Origin: an uncultured delta proteobacterium
GTDB lineage: Bacteria > Desulfobacterota > Desulfobaccia > Desulfobaccales > 0-14-0-80-60-11
NCBI GenBank assembly: GCA_963812015.1
Contig: CAWETI010000003.1
Location: 1,216,001-1,280,000, forward strand
Length of the DNA stretch: 64,000 nt
Reading direction: 5' to 3'
Shown one piece after another: positions 19,110 to 27,119 of this stretch. The translations under genes and the position numbers were made by a program. Every line of letters begins with the position of its first letter. The stretch's first letter is position 1. The notes beneath the pieces are model-generated. The model saw nothing but the letters and a program-made list of their open reading frames with translations, searched no databases and was not told where the DNA came from.

Positions 19110-20153
19110 ATGAAAGAGTTTCTCAAGGTTGCCCAGGAAGCAATCCTGTTTCGCGTTCGGGATAAGATCACCCACCTCATTCTTCATGTGACCACCCGGT
19201 GTAATCTCAAGTGTCATCATTGTTTCGTTGAGCAAGGGACCAAGACGCAAGAACTTACCATGACGGAGATTGAACATATCGCTGCCGAATTAAACGACCT
19301 GATTTGGCTGGATATCGGGGGCGGAGAACCTTTCTTGCGGGACGATCTTCCTGAGATCATTAGCAAATTTAGAGCCCGGGAATATTCCATCCCTACGAAT
19401 GGCTGGTCGGTGGAACGTATCCTCCCCTCCCTGGAAAAAATTGCGTCGGCCATCGATTTAAACCGTCTCGTCCTCACTATGTCCCTGGACGGGTTTCCCC
19501 AAACCCATGATGCCATTCGCCGGCAACCTGGCAGTTTTGCCCGGACCCGGGAGACATATTTTCTGCTCCGCCAACACTTTCCCCAATTGCGCATCAAGTT
19601 CAACACGGTCTTACACAATCACAACATCGAAGAAATTATCCAATTCATGCGGATGGTCCAGGACGAAATGAAGCCGGCATTTCATTCCGTATTGTTTTTG
19701 CGTGGAGTGCCACAGAATTCGGGTTACTTGCTGCCCGCGCCGCAGGAAATTTCTAATCTTGAAGGGCAGTTGCGATCTATTCAAAATAAGTATCATTATG
19801 GCAGGAAGGGTTTATTATCGATGGTGCAGAAGAATTATCAAGCCATCAAACGGGATATTTGTAACAGAATCATTGAACAAAAAGAACAAATCATACCATG
19901 TTTGGCCGGACAGGCCCATGCCGTGATCTACGCCAATGGCGGGGTGGCGCCCTGCGAATTGCTTCCTGAAATCGGTTCTATTCGCGAAAAGCCGTTAAGC
20001 AATATATTGAACAGCCCCGAATGGAAAAAGGCCATAAATGACATTAAATCAAAGAAATGTTATTGCACGCATGATTGTAATATGATCGAAAATATTCTCT
20101 TTAAGTTTAGCCATTATCCACAATTTATATTGGGCTCTAAGTATAAGCTGTGA
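19110..20153 (+). CDS. Radical SAM protein with SPASM/Twitch domain
   Basis: TTRCNLKCHHC, GGGEPFLR, PTNG, SLDG; C-terminal CLAG...GGVAPCE...CYCTHDC. Confidence 0.92.
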   Translation: MKEFLKVAQEAILFRVRDKITHLILHVTTRCNLKCHHCFVEQGTKTQELTMTEIEHIAAELNDLIWLDIGGGEPFLRDDLPEIISKFRAREYSIPTNGWSVERILPSLEKIASAIDLNRLVLTMSLDGFPQTHDAIRRQPGSFARTRETYFLLRQHFPQLRIKFNTVLHNHNIEEIIQFMRMVQDEMKPAFHSVLFLRGVPQNSGYLLPAPQEISNLEGQLRSIQNKYHYGRKGLLSMVQKNYQAIKRDICNRIIEQKEQIIPCLAGQAHAVIYANGGVAPCELLPEIGSIREKPLSNILNSPEWKKAINDIKSKKCYCTHDCNMIENILFKFSHYPQFILGSKYKL

Positions 20154-20175
20154 TAGGGCAGCGAATCAATAAATT

Positions 20176-21084
20176 ATGGGAAAAAGCAACGCGGCTGAGA
20201 TCAGCATCGTGATCCCGGTTTATAATCCCCCAGATAGTTTCTTCGAACTTCTTAAGGACCTATCCCTTCAAAAGATAAACATCGCCCGTGAGATCATAAT
20301 AGTTGATGACTGTTCCTTAAGTGATGGATATTCGCGACTAAAAAAACACCTTGGCACCTTAGATATTTCCAATATTAACCTGTTGCGCACCCCGAAGAAT
20401 CTCGGCCCGGCCGCGGCGCGTAATCTTGGCAGCGCCCAAGCGACGGGGAGCGTCTTAATCTTCATCGACTCAGATTGCCGCATCAGGGAGCGGGACCATC
20501 TATCTCGCATGCATGCAGCACATTTGCAGCATCCGCACGCCATTATCGGCGGGGGCGTCGTCGGCTTCGGCAAGGGATACGTAGCGTTTTCCGACAACTA
20601 CTGTCATTGGGGCACCAATATCCCCGGAACTCCTGGCACTGCTTTGGCTTCGGGACATCTGGTGACGGCCCATTTGTTGATACCCCGGGCTATTTGGGAA
20701 AAAGTTGGGCCCTTTGACCCGTCCCTGCGTACCGGCGAAGATACAGCTTTCTGCCTCAAGGCCCGGAATCTTAATATTGAGTTGCGACTGCACGGAAATA
20801 TCTCTTTATATCATCATGATCGTGAATCATTTAAGATGTTCGTTAAGAATTTTTATAAGGTGGGAAAAGATCGGGCGGCAGTGCGAAGATCAGTTTATGG
20901 CAGGGTTCCGTGGTATCTTGGGGAAAATAGATTGGTGCGTTGCCTTTTGGTGCCCTTTATTACTTCCGGCTTAATAGTAAAACTGATCGTCACGTGGTGG
21001 CCCCACGATAAAAAAGTGTTATTGGCCTTCCCGGGTATTTCTCTTGGTATGCTGTCGCTGGCAATCGGGGTCGCTGATAGCTAA
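20176..21084 (+). CDS. GT2 glycosyltransferase with C-terminal membrane segments
   Basis: SIVIPVYN, VDDCS, GPAAARNLG, FIDSD, GPFD...GED; hydrophobic C-terminus. Confidence 0.9.
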   Translation: MGKSNAAEISIVIPVYNPPDSFFELLKDLSLQKINIAREIIIVDDCSLSDGYSRLKKHLGTLDISNINLLRTPKNLGPAAARNLGSAQATGSVLIFIDSDCRIRERDHLSRMHAAHLQHPHAIIGGGVVGFGKGYVAFSDNYCHWGTNIPGTPGTALASGHLVTAHLLIPRAIWEKVGPFDPSLRTGEDTAFCLKARNLNIELRLHGNISLYHHDRESFKMFVKNFYKVGKDRAAVRRSVYGRVPWYLGENRLVRCLLVPFITSGLIVKLIVTWWPHDKKVLLAFPGISLGMLSLAIGVADS

Positions 21085-21299
21085 AAAACTACTGTCGGCA
21101 AGGTGGTTGGAAGCCTCGCCCCCAGCATCACGATGCAGGTTACGTTATGGAAACCGACACTTCGAAAGTGATGGGCGGGGGAGTACCCCCGGCTGGGACA
21201 AGGAAAGGTTGCGGTGGTTAGAAGCGGGGAAGCGCTCCTGCGCAGCAACGATACTTTGGGTGTTGGAGTGATAGTTGGAGTTCAATTGAGGCAGGCTCT

Positions 21300-22331
21300 G
21301 TGAGTAAAGCAATGCGCTTTGGTGCACCAGCAATTGTGTTTGACTTGGGCGGAACTCATCTGAGAGGGGCCACGGTCCTGGAGGGTGGCGGCCTGATCAA
21401 TATCGAGAAACGTAAAGTTCGCAATTTTTTGGATGGCAGTTCGATAACCGAGGTTTGGAACAGTCTCTTTGATCAGATCGCGTCGTATGTCTCTGTCTTC
21501 GGGGGCAGCTTGCCTTCGCCAGCGCCAGTGGTGCTGGCGGTGCCCGGACCGGTTCGGGGGCGGAGGATATTATTGGACGCGCCGACGCTCGTGGGCCATG
21601 CCGGGGCCATTCCTGATGTCAAGTCCATTCTGGAGGAGCGCACCGGCCGCCGGGTCTTCATTCTGAATGACGTATCGGCGGCGACCTGGTACTTCAGCGA
21701 GAAGGTGGCCGATGATCGGTTTATGGTCATTACCGTGAGCAGTGGGATCGGCAGCAAGGTGTTCGACCGCCGCCACCCATTAAGGGTATTGGACGACGTT
21801 GAATACGGCGGAGAAATTGGTCACGGGGTCGTGGGTGACTTTCCAGAGCGCATTCGATGTGATTGCGGGGGCTTAAACCATGTGGGGGCGATTTCATCCG
21901 GGAGGGGTATTGTGCGTTTGGCCCAGTTATGGGCCCGGCGCGACCGGCAGCAATTCAATAGCTCGGCGCTGGGGCGGTCGGTGTGCGGCAATCCGGAGCA
22001 GCTCACGAATGAGGATCATATCGTTCCAGCAGTCATCGAGGGCGACCAATGGACCTTAGGTGTCGTAGAATATGCCACGCGACCACTGGCCCAGGCTATA
22101 CTGACCACCTGGCTGGCCATAGGACTGTCCCGAGTCATCGTGATCGGCGGCTTCGCACTGGCATTGGGGTGCCATTACGTCGGCATCTTGGAGAACGAAT
22201 TGCAGAGGTTGTCAGATTACAAATTACTCCGGGGGTGCACCGGCGGGATGGTGACCTTGGGGCAACCGGATGAAGAGGCCTGCCTGATTGGAGCTGCCGT
22301 ATACGTCCAGAGGGAAAATAGCGGCGTTTGA
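21300..22331 (+). CDS. ROK family kinase resembling C7-cyclitol 7-kinase (ValC-like)
   Basis: FDLGGTHLR, LNDVSAA, TVSSGIGSKVF, YGGEIGH, CDCGGLNH, GAISSGRG, IGGFALALG. Confidence 0.85.
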   Translation: MSKAMRFGAPAIVFDLGGTHLRGATVLEGGGLINIEKRKVRNFLDGSSITEVWNSLFDQIASYVSVFGGSLPSPAPVVLAVPGPVRGRRILLDAPTLVGHAGAIPDVKSILEERTGRRVFILNDVSAATWYFSEKVADDRFMVITVSSGIGSKVFDRRHPLRVLDDVEYGGEIGHGVVGDFPERIRCDCGGLNHVGAISSGRGIVRLAQLWARRDRQQFNSSALGRSVCGNPEQLTNEDHIVPAVIEGDQWTLGVVEYATRPLAQAILTTWLAIGLSRVIVIGGFALALGCHYVGILENELQRLSDYKLLRGCTGGMVTLGQPDEEACLIGAAVYVQRENSGV

Positions 22332-22499
22332 GGTTTATTGTCATCGGCGGCAGCGGCGTTTAGTTCCCGGCAAAGGCACTTCCTGAACGTGGCTGATTTC
22401 AGATAAATCGGTGTGCAAAGAATTGCAGACCAGACCCGGCTTACCCAGTGAGTAAGAGACGTCCGAGCCTACCCTACCTAAAAAATTCCCATAAAATAA

Positions 22500-22532
22500 T
22501 TGACACTAGCCAGAATTATGTTGAAATGTAAT
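22500..22532 (+). promoter_or_regulatory. Possible sigma70 promoter upstream of radical SAM 22663
   Basis: Perfect TTGACA at 22500-22505 with an A/T tract upstream; weak -10. Confidence 0.3.
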
Positions 22533-22662
22533 AAAAAGTGAATGTTGCCGGCTTCGTTCCGAAAATGACCCCGAAAACATCTGGAAAAGACAAAAAAATT
22601 ATTTATCATCGAGAAGTTAAATTTGCCGCGCATCAAGGGCCCTCAGTTATCGGTTACCGGCC

Positions 22663-23769
22663 ATGAGCGAGCTTATCTTGGATGGGCACAAGCTCGCCTG
22701 GCATAGGGAGCGGGTGGAGGCATGGCTGCGGGGGGAACGCATCGCGCCCATCACCATCGACTGCGCCCTGACCCGGCGCTGCACCTATAGGTGTGTTTAT
22801 TGTTATGGCCAGTTGCAGGCCAACGACGAAAAGCGCATGACCCGGGACGTGATTTTCCGCTTTTTGGATGACGCCGCGGAAATTGGGGTTAAGGCCATAA
22901 GTTTTGTGAGCGACGGGGAAAGCACCTGTAGCCCGCACCTTTACGATGCCATCCTGCGGGGCCATGAGAATGGTCTGGACATAGCCCTGGGCACGAACGG
23001 TTATCTGCTCAGACCGGAGCGGCTTCCGGAAATTCTTCCCGCCCTGACTTACCTGCGATATAACGTCTCGGCTGCCGAACCCCAGCGGTATGCGGCAATC
23101 CACGGATGCAATCTGGAGGCGTATTATCGGGTTCTGGAAGTTATCCAAAGAAGTGTAGCCCTGAAACGCCAAAATGGGCTGGAGGTCACCATCGGTCTCC
23201 AGATGGTCCTCATGCCGGAGTTCGCCGACCAAATCATCCCTCTGGCTAAACTGGGGGCCTCTCTGGGGGTAGATTATCTGGTGATCAAACATTGCAGCGA
23301 TGATGAGGTGGGGAGCCTGGGGGTCAACTATGCGAAATACTTTGAGCTTCTTGACCTGCTGGCCGAGGCCGAAACGTATTCCACCGACCACTATATCGTC
23401 AGGGCCAAATGGTCCAAAATCTTGAGCGGTGGGAAGCGCAAGTATGTGCAATGCTATGGTCCTCCCTTTATCATGCAATTTTCGGGTTCCGGTCTGGTAG
23501 CTCCCTGTGGCATGCTGTTCAACTCAAAGTATAAAAAATATCATATCGGCAATATTGCCGTAACTCCCTTTAAAGAAATCTGGAAGAGCGAGAGATATTG
23601 GGAGGTAATCAACCTGATTGCCTCGGATAAATTTAATGCCCGGACCATGTGCGGCTCTTTGTGTTTGCAGGACAAGGTCAACGAATTCCTCTGGAATTTT
23701 AGGCACGGATGTGAAGCTCTCCCGGATGTAGCCGGCAGACCGGAACCACTGCATATCAATTTTATTTAA
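22663..23769 (+). CDS. Radical SAM protein with SPASM/Twitch domain
   Basis: TRRCTYRCVYC, SDGES, GTNG; C-terminal QCYGP...GLVAPC...IGN...EIW...CGSLC. Confidence 0.92.
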   Translation: MSELILDGHKLAWHRERVEAWLRGERIAPITIDCALTRRCTYRCVYCYGQLQANDEKRMTRDVIFRFLDDAAEIGVKAISFVSDGESTCSPHLYDAILRGHENGLDIALGTNGYLLRPERLPEILPALTYLRYNVSAAEPQRYAAIHGCNLEAYYRVLEVIQRSVALKRQNGLEVTIGLQMVLMPEFADQIIPLAKLGASLGVDYLVIKHCSDDEVGSLGVNYAKYFELLDLLAEAETYSTDHYIVRAKWSKILSGGKRKYVQCYGPPFIMQFSGSGLVAPCGMLFNSKYKKYHIGNIAVTPFKEIWKSERYWEVINLIASDKFNARTMCGSLCLQDKVNEFLWNFRHGCEALPDVAGRPEPLHINFI

Positions 23770-23946
23770 CATCAAAAGTCGGGGCCAGCCAGAATCTGGA
23801 CCAGAGGCGTCTATCTTGGGGAAGACCGCTCACCTCTTTTTTCTTCACACGCCTTTGTCGCGGCCTTTCTTCCCGGCATACTTTAATGTCTCGACCATTC
23901 TACTTTCTCTGGCCATACTCCCTCATAAGGAGATGGAGATTAAGTC

Positions 23947-24465
23947 ATGAACATTCTGCTGTACGGGCTATCCCTGTTTTTTCTTGCCTTTGGGATTCAC
24001 CTGATAATCTGGAAAGTCCATTTGCCTCATCACCAGAGCAAGGCCCTTCTGCTGATCTTTATGGGAACGTTTTTCCTTGGGGTAATCATCACCCCGCTAT
24101 TACCCCAGGACGGACTCTGGGGCTGTTTCGTTGCCCGGGGTTTCTATGAAGTGGTTCACGCTTTTTTGCTGGTTCTTTCCCTTACCATGGCCTACATCAT
24201 CACCTATTCGGCCCTGGAGGCGGATAGCCCGTCACTGGTAATCATAAGGATGATCGCCGAGGCCATGCCCGGTGGCTTGGCAAAAAAGGACTTGGAAAAC
24301 CGATTGACGGATGACATTTTGATCCGCCCCAGGATAAATGATCTGTTACGGGATAATCTTGTAATCGCGCAGGGGGAAAAATTACGACTTACGCCCCAAG
24401 GGCGATCTTTTATTAAAATATTTGTAATCTTTCGGGCCCTCTTAAAATCTGGCAAAGGTGGTTGA
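23947..24465 (+). CDS. Hypothetical membrane protein (about 3 TM plus winged-helix-like C-terminus)
   Basis: Hydrophobic N-terminal half; soluble SPSLVIIRMI...GLAKKDL...RINDLLRDNLV...LRLTPQGR. Confidence 0.75.
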   Translation: MNILLYGLSLFFLAFGIHLIIWKVHLPHHQSKALLLIFMGTFFLGVIITPLLPQDGLWGCFVARGFYEVVHAFLLVLSLTMAYIITYSALEADSPSLVIIRMIAEAMPGGLAKKDLENRLTDDILIRPRINDLLRDNLVIAQGEKLRLTPQGRSFIKIFVIFRALLKSGKGG

Positions 24466-25000
24466 GATGACCATGTATGAACAAGCCCTACCGATTTTTA
24501 CCCCAATTTTCGGCATGACAATAAACGTTGTTATACAGATATTGGGTTTCCGGATTAAGAGTAACTTATCTCTGCTGCACACAATTTATTTGGGCTTTTT
24601 ATCTGGTCTGATCACTATGATTGTTCTTGATTTGGCTATTCAGGCTCATTATAAAAATAGCTTTCATTATTTTGTGGGAATATTTATTTCAAATATAATA
24701 ATATATGGCAGTCTTGGATATTGTTATTTTAATTTTAATAATTTAGGAGAAACTGCTCGGCGAATAAGATTATTGCGGGAAATTTATGATTCTGAAGATG
24801 GCCTTACGCCACTTGAGTTAAATAAACTCTACAGTGGTAAAGAAGTGATAGCACATCGAATGGCAAGGCTTTTGAATAATAAACAGGTTATTTTAATAAA
24901 TGATAAGTACCTAATCGGCAACCCAACTGTATTATGTATCGCTAACATTATAATTTTCCTCAAATTTATGGTCATTGGGAAAAAATCAGAGTTTGATTAA
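24458..25000 (+). CDS. Hypothetical membrane protein, distant paralogue of the preceding gene
   Basis: Overlaps the upstream stop; about 3 TM, then ETARRIRLLREI...GLTPLEL...RMARLLNNKQV; AT-rich. Confidence 0.75.
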   Translation: MVEMTMYEQALPIFTPIFGMTINVVIQILGFRIKSNLSLLHTIYLGFLSGLITMIVLDLAIQAHYKNSFHYFVGIFISNIIIYGSLGYCYFNFNNLGETARRIRLLREIYDSEDGLTPLELNKLYSGKEVIAHRMARLLNNKQVILINDKYLIGNPTVLCIANIIIFLKFMVIGKKSEFD

Positions 25001-25029
25001 TTCGATTTTAGGGGTAATCGATCGACTCT

Positions 25030-25272
25030 CATCGGCACCGCGACCATGATTTTTTGCAGGGCGTGACGAATTCCCGGCCTGAGGTCATTGGCATTAGCGT
25101 GATTACCTGCTCACATGACGGCGTTATCAATTTTGCTCCCAACTCAAAGAAGCAATGCCTGCTGTGACGGCGGTGAAAGGCGATCTCCATCCGGTCTATT
25201 TCCCGGATGTTATCCGGGAAGAACCGATCGATGTTATGGCCCAGGGGGCGGAATTATCTTTCCCGGAACCAT
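25030..25272 (+). pseudogene. Remnant of the B12-binding domain of a radical SAM gene
   Basis: Manual translation across a frameshift: DHDFLQGVTNSRPEVIGISVITCSHDGVINFA / QLKEAMPAVTAVKGDLHPVYFPDVIREEPIDVMAQGAELSFPE, resembling the PDVIGFS...GGPHPTFFP...VDIICRGEGE pattern. Confidence 0.7.
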
Positions 25273-25540
25273 CACCCGTCTTCCGTAGCTATGATTGCTG
25301 GCTGAAGCCGAGGGTAGTAGGTTAAAGATAAACAAGAAGGATATGAGAATGATGTCGTACTGCTTGCTAATGATATTTCATGTTTGCTTAATCCTGAACC
25401 ATGAATGGTATCTTAAATATATCTTATACCGCAAGCAGAACGAAATGCCTTTCAGCGCAACCTAATATTATCAGTTGCGCTTGAGTTCGTTATTGTTTGC
25501 ATGCGGAACTTATTTTATTAATATGGATATGGAGGTAGCG

Positions 25541-25915
25541 ATGGTTAAATCATTAATACTCATTTTCTTCAATATACTTATTGGCAGTGTTGGTCAGCTT
25601 ATGTTTAAAAGTGGCATGATGCAGGTAGGCAGGATTGGAGTTGGGGAGATAAGCCGGCCATTGGCAACGTTGGGAACGGTTTTCACTAATCCTTATATAT
25701 TATTGGCCCTGCCCCTCTATGCCGGCGCGTTAATAATGTGGCTGATCGTTCTCTCCCGACTGCAGCTCAGTTTTGCTTATCCATTTTTGGCCATGACATA
25801 TGTGGTTAATGCTTTACTGGCGCAAACAATTCTGGGCGAGCATATCCCTTTTCTCAGATGGGTTGCCATAGGTTTAATCTGCAGTGGGGTTATTCTGATT
25901 ACGCGCACGGCATAA
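25541..25915 (+). CDS. EamA/SMR small membrane transporter (ArnE/ArnF-like)
   Basis: GGAGG plus ATG at 25541; GQLMFKSG, WLIVLSRLQLSFAYPF, LGEHI. Confidence 0.88.
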   Translation: MVKSLILIFFNILIGSVGQLMFKSGMMQVGRIGVGEISRPLATLGTVFTNPYILLALPLYAGALIMWLIVLSRLQLSFAYPFLAMTYVVNALLAQTILGEHIPFLRWVAIGLICSGVILITRTA

Positions 25916-26136
25916 GCAACCGGTATGGCCCATCTGGGGCTGGTCCGGCCCCACTTTCACCAGCCGGGTGGAGTTTGCTCCTGAGTCTCACTGTCCCAGG
26001 CCAACCAGGTGTGCGCAACAGAAGAACCGGTGGGGGAGGGGTTGCTTGGGGCATTTATTGAACCGGCCTGGTACTGCCTAAAGACGGCCATAATAGTTCT
26101 CGACTTTAGCTTTCAAACATTAACAGGAGAAAACCG

Positions 26137-27117
26137 TTGGCCAGGATCCCTTTAAAAACCATGAAGCATCTTTTATTTACCATGCTCAGGATCAGACGCT
26201 TTGAAGAAAAGATCATCGAGCTTTACCCGGCACAAAATATGAGGACACCGGTGCATTTATGCATCGGCCAAGAGGCGATTGCCGCGGGGGTATGTGAGAA
26301 TCTGAAGAGAGGGGATTATATTTTCACTACGCACCGGAATCATGGTCATTGCCTGGCCAAGGGGATAAATATCGATTCTTTAATAGCGGAGTTTTACGGG
26401 AAGGCTACCGGGTGCTCCCGAGGCAAAGGGGGTTCCATGCACCCCGTTGCCCCCGAATGCGGCATCTTAGGAACCTCGGCCATTGTGGGCGGCTGCATTG
26501 CCCTGGCAGCGGGAACCGCTTTGGCGTCCAGGCTCAGGCGAGATGGTAAGATCTCCGTGGCTTTTTTCGGTGACGGCGCCGCGGACGAAGGCATCTTTCA
26601 TGAAAGCCTTAATTTTGCCGCGTTAAAAAACCTGCCGGTCCTGTTTATTTGCGAAAACAATTTTTATGCTACTAATTCGCCGCAGGCCGCCAGGCAACCC
26701 CACGACAATATCGCTAAAAGAGGGGCAAGTTACCATATCCCGGGGGTGCAGGTCGATGGCAATGATGTCCTCCAAATATTTCAAACGGTAAAGAAGGCCG
26801 CGGCCAGGGCCCGGGTGGGCAGGGGGCCCAGTCTGATAGAGTGCCGAACCTATCGCTGGAAGGGGCATGTAGGGCCTGATTGTGATTATGAAAAAGGTTG
26901 CCGCCCGGAAGGGGAACTGCGGGATTGGATGAGGAGATGTCCCATTGAATTGTTTCAAAGTCATATTCTGGCCAATAAGATCATGAGCGCCGCGGAAATA
27001 AATCTCTTTATTGAAACCATTGATAAAGAGCTGGCCGCGGCAGTTAAATATGGCCAAGAGAGCCCGTTCCCTGATACAACTGACCTGATTAAAAATGTCT
27101 ATTATGAACGGAAATAA
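26137..27117 (+). CDS. TPP-dependent 2-oxoacid/acetoin dehydrogenase E1 alpha-like subunit
   Basis: HLCIGQEA, THRNHGH, GKGGSMH, FFGDGA...CENN (TPP motif), TYRWKGHVG. Confidence 0.93.
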   Translation: MARIPLKTMKHLLFTMLRIRRFEEKIIELYPAQNMRTPVHLCIGQEAIAAGVCENLKRGDYIFTTHRNHGHCLAKGINIDSLIAEFYGKATGCSRGKGGSMHPVAPECGILGTSAIVGGCIALAAGTALASRLRRDGKISVAFFGDGAADEGIFHESLNFAALKNLPVLFICENNFYATNSPQAARQPHDNIAKRGASYHIPGVQVDGNDVLQIFQTVKKAAARARVGRGPSLIECRTYRWKGHVGPDCDYEKGCRPEGELRDWMRRCPIELFQSHILANKIMSAAEINLFIETIDKELAAAVKYGQESPFPDTTDLIKNVYYERK

Positions 27118-27119
27118 CT

